DNA of 64,000 nucleotides from Phoronis australis (lineage: Eukaryota; Animalia; Phoronida). A program made the position numbers and the translations under genes. Position 1 is the first letter of the stretch; each line of letters starts with the position of its first letter. Shown here one piece after another: positions 14,701 to 29,700 of the stretch. The DNA lies in the NCBI GenBank assembly GCA_002633005.1, contig NMRA01000448.1:308286-372285 (forward strand), read 5' to 3'. The notes under the pieces are model-generated. The model had not been told where the DNA came from. It saw nothing but the letters and a program-made list of their open reading frames with translations, and ran no database searches.

Positions 14701-17700
14701 TCTTGTGCACGACATGGTCCCATTTCAAGGATCCTCAGTCATGACACCAGGAACTGAAGAGATTTAGCAGTCTGCTTTGAAGTTTGTACTGAGCTGCATA
14801 ACGCACGTACCACACTTAAAAATAATGCATGTATTGTACTCATGTATAACGCTTGTGCCATACTTGTGTATAACGCACATACCACACTCATGTATAACGC
14901 ATGTACCATACTCATGCATAACACATGTACCATACTAACATGTAACGCAAGTACTGTACTTAAGTGTAGCGCCCATGCTCGGCGTCACACGTATCTTATT
15001 TTTATATTTAGACTGGGCATTAAGGATGCATTTGCATGCTCCCAACTATGCTAATGCATAGCAGGAACTAAACAACAATGCTATTTTAACATAATCTACA
15101 CTAAACAAAGTGCAATTGTTTTCATTGATAACTTCTAAATGTGAAATTTTTTGCTAATATGTGACTTTTGCACTAATGATGTACCTCACAGGCTCACATA
15201 GCGCACATCATGCAGTGTTCCTCAGCACCACGTAACCATACTTACTGGACACGGTGGCAGGTCATTTTCGCCACAAAACTCGTTCTTAAAAACATTTGAC
15301 AATTTTCAACCTACTTCATATTCACATCGTCGCTGTATGTTGTGTTTCTAACTAATTTTGCCTAGTAATCACAGAGATTTAATGAATTAGCGTGCAAGTT
15401 CCATTTTAAACCACACGAATACGGTAAATGCAGAAAGGTTTCAATCTTCGTTACTAATCATTCTATACTAAGCAGCATTTTAGCAGACACATGGCAAGTC
15501 TGGCTCTCATCATGAGGACTACAGCAGACACTCACGCCACTGAATGAGTACAACACACCTTTGCTTCATCCAGTTTATTTGTAATGTCTTCATATTCCAT
15601 CAGATGTCGCTGTTGATCACTATCACGTGACTGAGCAGCTTCGGCCTTGATCGTCTTGACAGTCTCCTTATAATTGTCGATATCCTCCTGGTACCTGATG
15701 GCAAGTTCGTCCAGCATCCTTTTGCGCTTCTCTGCCACCTATGAGCAAAGACATTAACTAGAGCACAAGGTTGAAAAGAGGTTGTGTGATACGAGAAAGT
15801 ATCAGGCAGATAGATGGATTATTACACTTTCCTCTCCTGCATTGTGTTTTCTCGTTATTTTATTGTGTTTAAAGCATGCACTGTTTTTATATAACATTGT
15901 CTATTGTTTTCAAGAGACCTCACCAGTAAAGTAGTGACATTATTGAAGAGGACACCATAATTCTAAATACAACAATAAATAAAGAACATGGTGCTTAATA
16001 ATTAGCTCACACATCTACTTCATGCTTACTTCCTACTGTCTTTCGTAACGAAACCTCCATATGATGAACATTTTAATTAATGAACTTTGAAACACAAAGA
16101 AATCCATCACGGAGAAAACATCCGTTACATTAGAACTTTTTCTTTGAAGATACTGATGGAAGAATGGGACAGTCAACCAGTCCATTTACATTAACTAGTT
16201 GGACTATTGCAGTGGTAAGACTGAATAAATACTCACTCGACTGGCCTCTTGGGCAGCCTGTATTTGGGAATCTCTTTCTTTTTGTGCATCACAAAGCTGT
16301 TGCAGAGTCGTAGACACCGCCTTTTGACTCTCCTAAATAAAAATCATCAATTAAATTCAACTTGCTCTACAGAACCACACACTACAACTTGCGGCCTGTT
16401 TCATGAAAATGATTTAAGAAATTTCGTTGCATTGCACAGTAAAATTGCTGAAAAAAGGTCTAGATAAATAATGACGTGCGGATCTCACTCTAGAAATTAT
16501 CTCAGTAACTAGCAGCTATTCTCAGAGACTGCACTTTTACTCAAGTGTAATTTAATGAGGCTTCAGAAATAGTTGTGCACAAGACCAAAATTCTGAAGAT
16601 TTTACCAACCATTACCGGAACAGACTGCCACTAAGAATTTTCAATCGATGAGACAGAAAGTAACCCATTATACACAACGCGTGTTGTTGAACAGGCACTT
16701 TAATAGGCACACTCAAATATGTTGCAGAGGAGCATCGCGGACACCCATGTGGCCTTCGTACGAAACTACTTAATAAATATAAAGCTTTGGAGCTACATGG
16801 GTAAAAACCTGGTCAAATATAATCGGACAAAGAATAACAATACAAGAGCAACGCAGAGCGTTGAAATGCACCCACGAATGTGCAGCAAAAGGAATGCTTC
16901 TAGGGTTGTTTGTTTTATAAAAATAGCCAATAGATGGCGTAAAAACATCTAATACCATCTGAAAAATTAATGGAAACATGTCATCGCTTCTTAAGTAGAA
17001 AGCTATTTACCAAATTTCATAAAAATCTGTCAACGGACTTCAGAGCAACAATGGAAAACAGAAAAAATAAAATTGCCACTATGGGGGCACAGCGTTCGTT
17101 GGATCCGCCTGAAAGACGTCTTTGTCTGTTATTAGCTTCATAAAAAAACAATTACTAAATTTAATATAGATCCTGCAGTGAGTTTAGGAGATGCAGCTAT
17201 GATTGCAAAAACAAACAACCACTAGGAGGCGCCACAGTAGTCGAATTTGTTATCGTCAACCGTCCTCTTCACACTACGAATATATAGACCTAATTCACAC
17301 CGACAGGAGGCACGTTCCACAATGAGGCTCACTATGATAGCTGTTGACTTATCCACATGGTTGTTGCCCGTCAGACATTCGCGCCCCTGAATTGCCAAAT
17401 GGAATCTGGGAGAATTTTAGGGGGGGGGGGGCATGGCTCCCTTGGCCCCCTCTAAATCCGCCACTGTGTTCTGTTCAGTTAATTGAAATTGAGCTCTAAA
17501 ACGAGGTTATGCTTTGGACGAAAGAATTAGGTGTTTTAATTTTATAATTCAACTTGGTCCAGATTGATATTTGAAACAAATAACACATGAAATAGACGCA
17601 ATTATTAAAACCAAGAAAGCAGAATTGATAGCCAAATAATTTTTATTTTCAATTACATGCCGGGTTTTTTATCTTCATAAAAATGTATATTTAATAACAT

Positions 17701-20700
17701 CAATTACTCTTTCAGATCAATGACCAATCAACTGTTAGTCACGGTAATGCCTACCTCACCAGGACCTAGGCTATGCTTGAAGATAATATTCTTGATCAAC
17801 AAATTAAACCAGATGTGGCTAATTGCACATGCAGGACAGCAAAATGCGATGAGCCACAACTGTGGAATATATCTCCAACTCGTCAAAAATACGAGCGGAT
17901 GACCTGGTTCGTGTAGAAAGCAATTTTATCAAGAATTTATGAGAAGAAATGTAAACCTGCATTCAGCATAATACCTAATCCATAACACTACGATCGCCGC
18001 AGTTTGGTCATATTTACTTTTCATGTTTCGAACCTAGTTTTCCTAAAAAAAAATTATTACCCTTTCGTCAGACAACTCTTTGGTGCATTGACATGTTCTC
18101 TACGTCTCTGTAGTTAATTATTGACATATTTTTAAGCTTTAATATCCAGGTTGGACTCGAAAGACCGGCCATTTAACTCCCGCAGTGTCAACTTTAATCT
18201 GCTTTGTTTATTGCAATGAGCCTCGCTTTGGATTTTAATGTCCGCCGTATGAATTAGGTCTATACGCCAATTTTCAAAATCATCCTTAGAATGGTTTGGT
18301 TGATCGAGGGGTGGACGCCAAAAAACAAGACTCGAAAACAGGAAAAATGGCCACTAGGTGGCACAAAGTACCTCAATTCCATCCGAAAGCGGGAAGATAG
18401 CATCACCTCACCAATAAATGCCTATATTCCAAACTTTCTGATAATACGTTGAGGACCATTGAAGATACAGAGGTGAGCCTAAAAATCCGTCCGAAAGTTG
18501 TTGTCATCCGTTGTCAACATCATTAAATACACTTGCTAAATTTAGCAAAGATGCTGCAAACGATTTAGGAGATACAGCCATGGGCGCAAAAAAACAAGAC
18601 TGCCTTTAGGAGGTGCCACAGTAATCGAAATCGTCGGAAAATCATCGTCAGCTTCGTAGTAAGAACATACATGCCAATTTTCACAATCATCCTTAGAGTG
18701 GTTTGGTTGATAGAGGTGTGGACGCCAAAAACAGACTAAAAACAGTAGAAATGGCCACTAGGTGGCGCAAACTATGTCAAATCCATCTGAAAACGGGAGG
18801 ATAGTGTCATCTCATTAATAGATGTCTATATGTCAAATTTTATGAAAATACGTTGAGGATCTTTGAAGATATAGAGGTAAGCACAAAAAACTAAAACTGC
18901 CACTAGGGGGAACACCGGTTGTCGAATCCGTCCGAAAGTTCGCTCCTGCCGTCCCATCCACGATAGGAAAATATATGCAAAATTTCATGAACGTATGTTA
19001 AAGGGTTTTAAAGATAGAGTAGCAGACGCCGGACGGACGGAGATGATGGCATAATGCGTGCATATATAAATATGTGGGTGCATAAAAATCCATACTCTTT
19101 ATTGACTAATAAGAAAAAAAGCATACATTACCATTACACTCTTACTCTACTGCTAAATTTGTGAAGTGATCTCAAAATGCTTCGGCTTTCAGTGCCACAA
19201 AATAGAGCATCACCTATTGGCTAATTTCGTTATTCTTCAATCGTTTTGATTCTACAAGGTTGCATTCTGTCCACAACAAATTACCAGAAAAGGCTTCACT
19301 TGTTACACGTTTTGAGTACTTTGTTACGAGCGAACTGAATTTCCGAGCCGAATTTTGATCCTAGTTCGGTAATCTTCATACAGCTACTAAAGTTGGACGG
19401 CTAACAGTCGTGCATAATACAAGAATAATATCCTTCAACTCAGAAGCAATGCCGTGCCAAACACCCAACTACCAATAAATGTGTCAGTATGTAAGCCTAT
19501 ACACATCTTTCTGTATTGCACTCCAACCACTCACATTTAGCTGTAATGTTAAATCCTCTGTTGCCTGTGACTGTGATTGACAGCTGTCACTCAATTCCTG
19601 ACAGAACTGCTTCAATCGGTCATTTTCCTCCAGCAGTTCAGCACTGGATTCTGCACTGGCACTGGTCAACTGAAGAGTACGACGAAGTGTAGTGAAGCCA
19701 TTGTAAAAAGAAAGCTGATAGTGATTTGCACACAAAAGTCATCACAGTTTCACAAAAGGTAAACATGTCTATAACACACTTAGTTCTGAGAAGAACAGAA
19801 GGAGCAATATATAAACATGTTTTCACTTCCCCGGTCAGCAAATCATCATTTCCTCATTTCAAAAGGTATAGTATTTACTGAACAGTAATTCCGCACTACT
19901 TTTATACTGACAGTTCTTCATGTGATCAATGACCTCTGTGTGACCTTGGACTATGGATCAGCATACTTTTCAGAACAACGCAGAATCATGTTTTTTCCAC
20001 AACTATGCTAATAATTTAGGGACAAGAAATATCCAATCTTATCAAACAGCAAAGAATCCACAAATTACCTGTGTCTGTAGACTAGATACTGTTCCTTCTA
20101 ACTCCTGAATTCTCCGATTTGTTTTATCCCGCTGTTCATCGAGTAGCTGGAAAAATCCATAAAACATTGTGTCTGTAGAGAAAGGAATATGACGAAATTA
20201 TATGAAGTTTCTTACTTGTTAGAATACAAATTATTATTTGACCCATGGTGTCAAATGACACTGAATTATTTTGTGAAATCAAAACCGTAAATCCAAGTTT
20301 ATTAGTATAACAGGACTGACTATTGTCAATTTCAACCAATGTAAAATATAACAAGAATGAAAATAGAATGAAATGTTGACAAAAAGAGTACCGAGACATA
20401 TTTAAACCACAATTTCACTTTTAAATCTTACAGAAGTGCGACTTGATAATGATGGCAGATTATTTAGAACTGTGACGTCTGCTGTCACCTGTTTGCATAA
20501 TCGGGTACTTCCAAGTTGCTGTGGATGACATGAGGTACCATTTCAAAGATATGTAAAGTTTTCATTTTAAAAAACTTGGCTGGGGGGTTGTTTTGCTATG
20601 AATGTACCTTTCTTGCACATGACAATTTTGCCTTAAAAAACATAGCCACATGACAATAACAAAGACGCAGTAGAAAAAAGCATATTTTTAGAATCCTCGA

Positions 20701-23700
20701 TCTTTCTCCTTTCAGAAAATATATACTTTTAATGAGAGACAAAGCATAATTTTTTAAAATATTTGACATAAAGAGTTGTCATTTATCAAGGTCCTAGATA
20801 ACCTTAAGTAGCCACTTACATTAGTAGACTTGACCAAGTCTGCCTGCAGCTTGCTCATCTGATCCCGAGAATTCTGAGAATGGCGTTTGATAGTGTCTTC
20901 AAGCTCCTCAATCTTTTTGCTGAGGAAATTTTTAAGAAATGAAAGCAACAACACATTACTGTCACTAGAACACGTTTAAACACAACACAGCAATAATACA
21001 GCAGTGGCTGATTAAAAGTCACATCTACGCAGCAAAAATAATTGGAAAAATCAACTAAAATGTTCTTACTCTCTATTTTAGTCAGGGCTTGGAATGACCA
21101 ATGACAAAAAACGCGGAAACTTTTACGGCCCCCAAAAAAAATTAACAACAACGTTACCACCATCAGTAGCACGCGTCTGCGTCCTTTTAGCTCCTCCGTC
21201 CACTCCCAACCCACACATTTTTGGCTGCAGAGCCGTAGTATTTGTCACCGTGGCTTACGATAACACGAGACGCCATTGAAAATCCCGCCACGCTATCCCA
21301 GATGCCCCGGCAATGTTGACAATTTACGTTCCTCCGCAACATAAAGAGCATCTTCCGCTTTTCGAGGTGAACGTCGTCTGCAACGCCGCGGTAAGAAAGG
21401 AATTTGCCGAGGAAATTTTATATCAAATCCGATTTTTTTTACGCGGAAATATAATAAAATGCGCGGACAGAACATTTGAAAAAAGCGGAAATCCGCATTT
21501 CCGCGAAAAATTCCAAGCCTTGTTTAGTGCAGAAACTTGATAAAATAAAATTTCACTAGTTCACTATAATGTGTGCAGAACGTGTGAAGCATTACCACTG
21601 GGCTTTTGGTATTATGGCAATGACATCATGACAATTAACTCAAATGTCTGAAGAGCATAAATACACACAAAATAAGAAAAATGATGACAAAACACCTAGC
21701 GAGTACCTCGACATGGTATATAGTTCCTCTTTTTCTGATTGTAGCTGTACAATGCTTTCATGTTTTTTCTTAACCTTTTCTGTAATCTTTTCAAGTTCAG
21801 TTTGTAGACTAGTGACTTGTTCTTTTGATGATGACTCGTAAGAGAGTAACTGCTCCTTTAAGATCTTGTTTTCTTCTTTTTCTGTGTTGAGATTCAGCCT
21901 TAAACCTGAAAAGGTCTCAGTCTCACAGAGCAAGATTCTTATAGCTCAGACTAAAAACAGAAACCCACACTGATTTGCCAGTTTGCAGACATTTACAATT
22001 AAGCGCAAAACTTGGAAAGAAATTTACACATCCATATCAGATATAGCAATTGCAGTCACACCGAAAGGTAAAAACTTAAAAGCAAAACGGCACGTTTATT
22101 GACGATATCTTAGATGGTCTGTAGAGGAACAACTGACACATTTTGGATGATTGTGTCAAGTCATTGCATTTTCACTATTTTTCACTATTTTTACACTAAC
22201 TTTAACTACACATTCTATAATGTGTCATTATTTATATTTATTTTATATGTTGATAATAATTCTAAGTAATTTAATTATTAAAATTTCTATTTATACTATT
22301 GCATCTGATTTCCCTACATGAATCTGTACATATTTTTGTTTTTATATATCTGTAATAGCATATCTAAGTATTGGAATACTTATATTAGATACTACTTAAT
22401 TGTATATACCTCTATGTATATTAAGTTTCATTTATGAATTGTTTACAACCCAGATATAATGCTTCGCGGTTTCTGGGTTTGTTATTAATTATTTCTTTGT
22501 ATGTCTTGTGTATTCTTCAGTAAATATATATCACTTAAAAAAAAAAACTATTGCATATACATATTCTAGTATCTGTAATCAATACAGCCTAAACTTCTAT
22601 TTCCTTACACGACTGCCTTACTGTTCACTATGAAATATGTACAGCAAGATTAAGAATACAAACAAATAACAACAATACCAATAATAAACAATTTCCAAGA
22701 GTTTTGTTTCCCACAAATAACATTTATCAAAACAATTTTTGCTAATGACTCTTGCCAAGCATAACGGAATATGTGGACTAAAAATATAGGACTCGCAAAA
22801 TGAGTTGTTTTTATTTAAATCAACCCAAATCAAATAAAAATTCCATGAGATTTCAAGAGTTGTAACCCAATTTCACTTTCCAAGATTTTTCCATGCACGG
22901 GAATTGCTTTTAGTTGTTGGTTTCCAGGTTGTGCACAAGAAGTGGAAACCGTGATGTTAAGTTTGCACTAGAAGTTATTGTTACATCAAGTGTCGCTTGA
23001 TAGCCAAGACCACTCTTACCTTTAAACACCCCATTTCACACTGTAGTGGCGAGTGTTAAAAGTTTAGATTTGATTTTGTGATGCTTTCTCCAGTCGTGAA
23101 ATACGTTTTAGCTTATTAGAACACTTACTGTGGTGGTCAGAAGGGACTTCATAGGTGTTATTTATCACTTGGTCACTTTGGACCCAGAGATAGAGCACTC
23201 AACTTTCACTCTCTTACTTAGCCCGTGACCGTTGGTTTGTAAACACGTTAATACCTACTTGTCAGCTCTGTCAGTTGCTCCTCCAGTTCCTGTGTTTTAG
23301 ATTCAGCTCTGTTAACTAGTTCCATCATGGATGCATTCAATGAAGGCATTTCTGAAACAAAATCCTCCCACACTGTCCACATGGAACCATCTTTTATGTG
23401 AGCACGCATGGCCCACTGTTATAGGTCATAATATTATGACCACACACTGTCCACATGGAACCATCTTTTGTGTGAGCACGCATGGCCCACTGTTATAGGT
23501 CATAATATTATGTCTCATTCCGAAGAGACAAATAAGTCCGATTCGGGCTGGGTACATATTGTTATTACAATTCATATATGGTTGGTACTTATGAACAAGG
23601 CTAAGTTTGTCACTATAATAAATGAACATTCATACTACTTCTACTACAGCTCCAGAGAGATAAGTAGAAATCTTTCTCCTAAAGTCCCATGCAATATTGT

Positions 23701-26700
23701 CTTTCAAAACTATTGTAGTAATTCATGTTTTTGGGGTGGAACCCTTTGTTTTGAGCTTTTAGTTTGGTGAAATAATGTTCCAAATTACATCGATTACTTC
23801 AATGAAGCTTCACTGTTGCCAATTTAATTTATTCCAGTTCAAAGTCTGTAGATTTGTCATTACCTAATTAGCGCTGTTGACTTTCAATACAATTTGCTCT
23901 TTTCCAATACACATCAACTCATCAGCCTACATTAACATTTTCTCTGGGTTACACCACGCAGGTCCTCCGTTGAGGACAATAGTAATGCTCTTAACTTATG
24001 ATCAACGCACAAAGTCCAATACAATAACAAGACCATTATTTATCAAATCACAAGTTCGGTGAAATGCACAGAGAAACGGTTAAAGTATAACTACAACTGA
24101 CAAGTAAAGTCGTGTACAACAGACTACTATCTCTGTAGTGGATCAGTCTCGGAATTTCCAATTATATGGTTTGTTTTCAATTAATCAGCTGATTAACTGA
24201 AAACAAACTATAAATACTATGTTAAACGACAGAATAAAATAAAAACAATTGAAAGTAAGCTAACATATATTTTGTAATCATTCTTCACAGCAATTATCAA
24301 AACATTGAGTAAAACAATGTAGTACGAAGCAAGAAGTTTTTGATCGATGCAAGTCACTAATGCAATCTACATCACACGTTTGGCACACTCTATCATTGGG
24401 AAGGGGGCAATACTCGTTTACGAGAGCAATTGTTTTGAAAGTTATGAACTTGAACGCACTCTTCCCAACTCCTTTGTGTGTATCTATTATTCATCTAATT
24501 TAAAATTTGCGATTCTCATTATCTGTAACATTGTATTTTTTTGGTGGCTCTATGGCAATGGAGCCTTTCATACCTTCAAAGTCTCCAAAACCTTTGATTG
24601 ATTTTGTATTAATTGTATTTCTGTTTGAACGTGAATAAAGTTTATTACTACTACTACAACTATTGTATCATGCGGATGTACACAAAAACTATTCCCTAAC
24701 TTATGCAGTTGTAGCATGACCACCTGACTTTTTCACCCAGCACGAAATGAAACCTCAGCAGGGGGGACCTCCTCACAGTGTCTTCATACAAGGAAAAAGG
24801 ACAAAGTAGAGGGAAAGATACAAGATCAAAGTCACCCTGATATCCAGGGTTATCATAGACTTCTCCATCCATTCTCCCAACAGCAAACACATTTTACACA
24901 CACTTGGCCTGATTAACATGCGTTAAGAGACCAACTTGTCTCACTATACCTTTACTGGTTACTTCGTCGCTGCCTTCAACAACTTGTACATTGTATTCCT
25001 CATCTCTGAAAAAGGTGGATACACAAATATAGCATGGTGCACCAACAGATGTCATGAGAGTCGAATGTCTTACAGAGAAAACCCAAAAGAACGGAACACG
25101 ATAAAGAATGCAATCTAAGCAAGGTTATCTTGAATGTTTTCTTACATAGAATAATAGTTGACTTTTTAGTACAACTGCGAGACTTTCAACCATGCAGGGC
25201 TTCTCACAGACACATTAAACGTACTTCTCTCCGCCAACAGGGGGCTTTCTTTCTCTACTGGCCTCTATCTGCTGTAGAGTGTGAATGGTCTGTTTTAACT
25301 CGCACATTTCTTTTCTATGGCTTTCTTGCAGAGCTGTGTAAAAACATACAAAGATGAGTACAAGACAATGTCCATCGTTAGAAGATTAACCTGCCCTGTT
25401 GGGCATGAACGAGTGCATTTTTAGTGACAAACATATCACTACACTCCTATGTTCACACCTTAGCTGCCAAAGTAGTAATGGTAAAGTTTCTTGAATTTGG
25501 AACACAATAGGGTGGAACAGTGGAATATTACTTTACTAAAATGTTCTACAATAGTAGAAGGAAGAAAATGTTTACTTCATTATTTGCAGTTTATTATATA
25601 TTACACAGCTGACATAGAAAAAAACACACAATAGTACATTTTTAACAACGTAGTGAGCTTTCAAAAAATGACAGTTTTGTCAGTTACTTTTGCTTGAATT
25701 TTTTTTTGTTCGAATTAGAGGAAAATCATAATTTCTGGTCCTGACACTGCTATACACATCTACACAACTCCAATACTGTTCTGACTGTCCTATTCTTTGG
25801 AAGCTTTCCAGGAAAATGAACATAATTTTGCGACAATGCACAGAGGAAGTGCACCTGTTTCCTCTCAGTACTGTACACAACTGTACATACTGGCACGCAC
25901 TGCCATAGAATACTCAAACATTACATAATTAACTAACACCGGCCAACCTCATGAAGGTTTAATCATCCGATCACGGGATACTCGCATGAAAATTTTAAGG
26001 GTTCCTAATTAGGCTTAACATATCTTGAATTAGTAAACATTATTTGTAATAATTAAACCAATGACAGCAACCTGGACCCATGAAATATGCCTGACTACAC
26101 TACAAAAGGTGTTGCTTCTAGGGGTGTTTATTTATATCATAAAAATGACCATTAGATGACACGGAATACATTGAACCCATCCAAAAATGGGAAGGTGTCG
26201 TTTCTCAAAACTATTTGCAATTCATGAAAATCCATCAAAAAACTCCAAAGATATAAAGGCAAATGTGAAAAATAACATTAGGAACCATAGTAGCAGTCAA
26301 ATTCATCCATCTACTGTCAAGTTAATAGAAATATAATTTGCAAAATTTCAAAAACATCTTGGGTTTTGGGTAATATAGCCTTAGATGAAAAAATGTTATT
26401 AGGGGGCAGCACAGTAGTTGGACCCATTTGAAAACCAATGTCAGTCATGCTCTGACAGTAGGAACACGTCTGCCAATTTTCATAATGAGCCTTTGTGAAG
26501 CTTGGCAGACACACAAAGCAGACAACAAAAAACGACTAAAAATAATTAAAATGGCCACTAGTTGGTGCAGAATATGTCAAATTAATCAGAAGGATCAAAA
26601 GGAAAGGTGTAGTTGTCTTCATAAATAAAAAAATTGTTTGCCAAATTTCATGAAAAAGCATCAAGGAACTCTGAAGTTACAGAGGAGATGTAAAAATAAA

Positions 26701-29700
26701 ATTGCCACTAGGCAACACAGCTGTAGTTGGATTGGTCTGAAACTCGCCATCATCTGTTGCCATCTCCATAGAAACACATTTGCTGAATTTCACAAACATC
26801 TTGAAAAGAGCAAGGAGATATAGCCACGGATGCAAAAAAATAAAAGAGACAATAGAAGGCGCCAGAGTAGTCGAGGATGTTCGAAAGTCAACGTCAGCAT
26901 CAGTCTTCTCATCAGGAACCCATCTCTACAAATTTCAACGGGCAACGCAGAGCGTTGAAATGTGTTTACGGCTGCACTGCAAACGGTGTTGCTTCTAGGT
27001 GTGTTTATTTGCATAATAAGAAGGCCAATAGATGGCACAAAATATATTGCCGTCTCTCAAAACTATTTGCATAATTTCATGAAAATCCATCAAAGAACTC
27101 CAAAGATACAAAGGCAAAGGTAAAAAGAAAATGAAATTGGGAACAACAGCAGTAGTCGAATCCGTCCAACTGCTGTTAAGTTAGTATGAATACAATTGCA
27201 AAAGTTTCAAAACATCTTGCAAGGGGTTCAGGGGATACCTCTGTAGATGCAAAAAAAATGTCAATAGGGTGCACCACAGTAGTTGGGACTCATTTGAAAA
27301 CTCGCGTCAGTAGGAACACATCTGCCAAAATTTCATAATCATCCTTAGTGCAGTTTGGCAGATACAGACTGAAGCTGATGACAAAAACTGACTAAAAAAT
27401 AATTAAAATCGCATCAAGGGATAAGAAGACCATCAAAAACGAACTAATAAAAGACAAAATACAAAATTTTTGATTACTACAATGGGTAAAACATTATTTC
27501 AAATGAACAAAAATACATACAAATTATGACATGAAAAATTCTTGTGTAATTGATTAAGACACTTGTTAATTAACAACCAATTCACGATTTCTTTAAGCTT
27601 TAAGTGCAACAAAAATTCTTTTTCCAAAATATAGTTTAGTAACTCTAGACACCATATCCACACCTTAACACTGGATTTTTCCTGGGGTTTGGCGATAAGA
27701 TGAGGGTATTTTGACCCAAAGGGAATAGAAGACCCCCCAGAACTTGTATAAAAGAGGAAATATGACAATTTTGATTACCACAATGGATAAAACATATTAT
27801 TTCAAATACATCAGAAGATTTGACCAATTTAGTCTCAAATACAACAAAAATGAAACAAAAATATGAGATACATCTGGGGTAACTAAATAAGCTGGCTTCA
27901 AATTAAAGCTAAACTGCTTGAAGCATATCTAGTGGCAACAAATGAAAGTACATGGGATTGTGATGCATGAAACAGTCTATTGTTTCATATGACAAAAACC
28001 AAAATCCAAAAGGCAAAAATAATTATTCACTCTGCTGTAATTTAGCTGCAAACATCTAAGTCATGATTGTTGCCACTTTCTTCGTCATGTGATTTCTTTT
28101 CTCTTGATAGAGCGTCATAATCTTCATCGACATCACTGTCCCCACCATCATCTCTCTCAGCATCGCCACCATCGTCATCTGGCTCTGTTTCGACTTGAAC
28201 CTCTGGAATGAGTGCAAGGATCATCTGTTCTCTAGGGAATCAAATGATGCGAAATTTGCTGTCAACATTTTCCCATCCATTGGTGGGCATTTTGAACCGG
28301 TGCTTCTTGAGTGGGACAAGTTTCCGTGCTCCAAACAACACAAAAACAAAATCTTGCAAGATTTTGAGGGCTTCTTCTGTTGGGACATTGCAGCTCACTG
28401 AAGTAAAGGCTCTCTGGAACTTATCACTTTTTGCCACAAATTGCATATGGTCTGTTCTTTCCTTTCCTTACAAATACACATGTATAGTTAAATCCAGTGA
28501 ACACATGTAGGCCGAGGAGTGCAGCACACATAGCTTGGCCTATCGCAGTAGCAATCTTGGTAACATTCAACTAACGCAGATCGCCTTGTCACATAGCTTG
28601 GCCTATCGCAGTGGCAATCTTGGTAACATTCAACTAACGCAGATCGCCTTGTCACATAGCTTGGTCTATCGCAGAAGCCATCTTGGTAACATTCAACTAA
28701 CGCAGATCGCCTTGTCACATAGCTTGGTCTATCGCAGAAGCCATCTTGGTAACATTCAACTAACGCAGATCGCCTTGTCCTACAGTCCCAGCCTCCATCC
28801 ACACCGTGAATGTAACTCAATGGACATGGTGTAGGAGCAAACTAGACAGAAGCTCTTATGACCATGTGGCCAGGTGTGCACTTGTCCGTCTCAATCATTA
28901 AGGAAGACACTGGTGTCGGCTTCTGAGAAATTACAATTTAGAGATGGAACTGATTCTGAGCATACTTCTCCATCTTCAACGAAGAATCGAGCGCACTCTC
29001 CCATCACCCTGAAATACACTTCCCTTTGATCTAGAAGTGGCCTGCAGAAGTTGCTTGACCAATCCTTGGTGAGAAATATGGGTAGCTCTTGTTTGAACAA
29101 CTCCCTCCCAAGCTCCTCGAAGGTTGAGTCTTTTTCTCTGTTCAGATCCTTCTAAATCAAGTTTTCCTCCTACAACAGGGTCTTATTGTTTCTCGCGGTC
29201 CAAACACCCCCGTCTTATGTATAAACCCCAGGAAAAAACTGCATCTTCATATAAACATATGGTGTCTAAGGTTGCTAAACTATCTTGTGGGAAAAGAACT
29301 GTGTCTGTGTTTCATCACTTGTTGCTGGGCCTAGCTAGGTGGCCACTATATTCTCTCTTCTTCTGATGATGGTGTTTGAATAAATAACACCGAAACATGT
29401 CAAGTTGTTTTAAAACCGTAGTTGTTTTTACTAATATATGCTGCTACTTGTTATCATGGAGAAAAGAACTTTAATTGTTACACTTAAAAGTTTAAATAAA
29501 TCGTAAATTGACCATTAATAAGTGTCCTAATTAATAAAAGTTTTTTAAGTGTTAAGTTGTATCTTTGTTCATTTATGTTTTATCCATAGCAGAAATCAAA
29601 ATTGTCATATTTCCTCTCTTACACAAGTTCATTTTTGGAGATCTTGTTATCCTTAAGGGTCCAAACATCCCCGTCTTATCTGCGAACCCCCAAAAAATCA

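Noticed and set aside
14738-14794. Possible extra GRIPAP1 exon after a TGCAG acceptor
   Set aside because: In-frame TAA in the required phase 0.
28488-28834. Cys-rich repetitive ORFs on both strands
   Set aside because: They are by-products of the 63-bp minisatellite; the meaningful frame is the stop-containing transposon pseudo-ORF.
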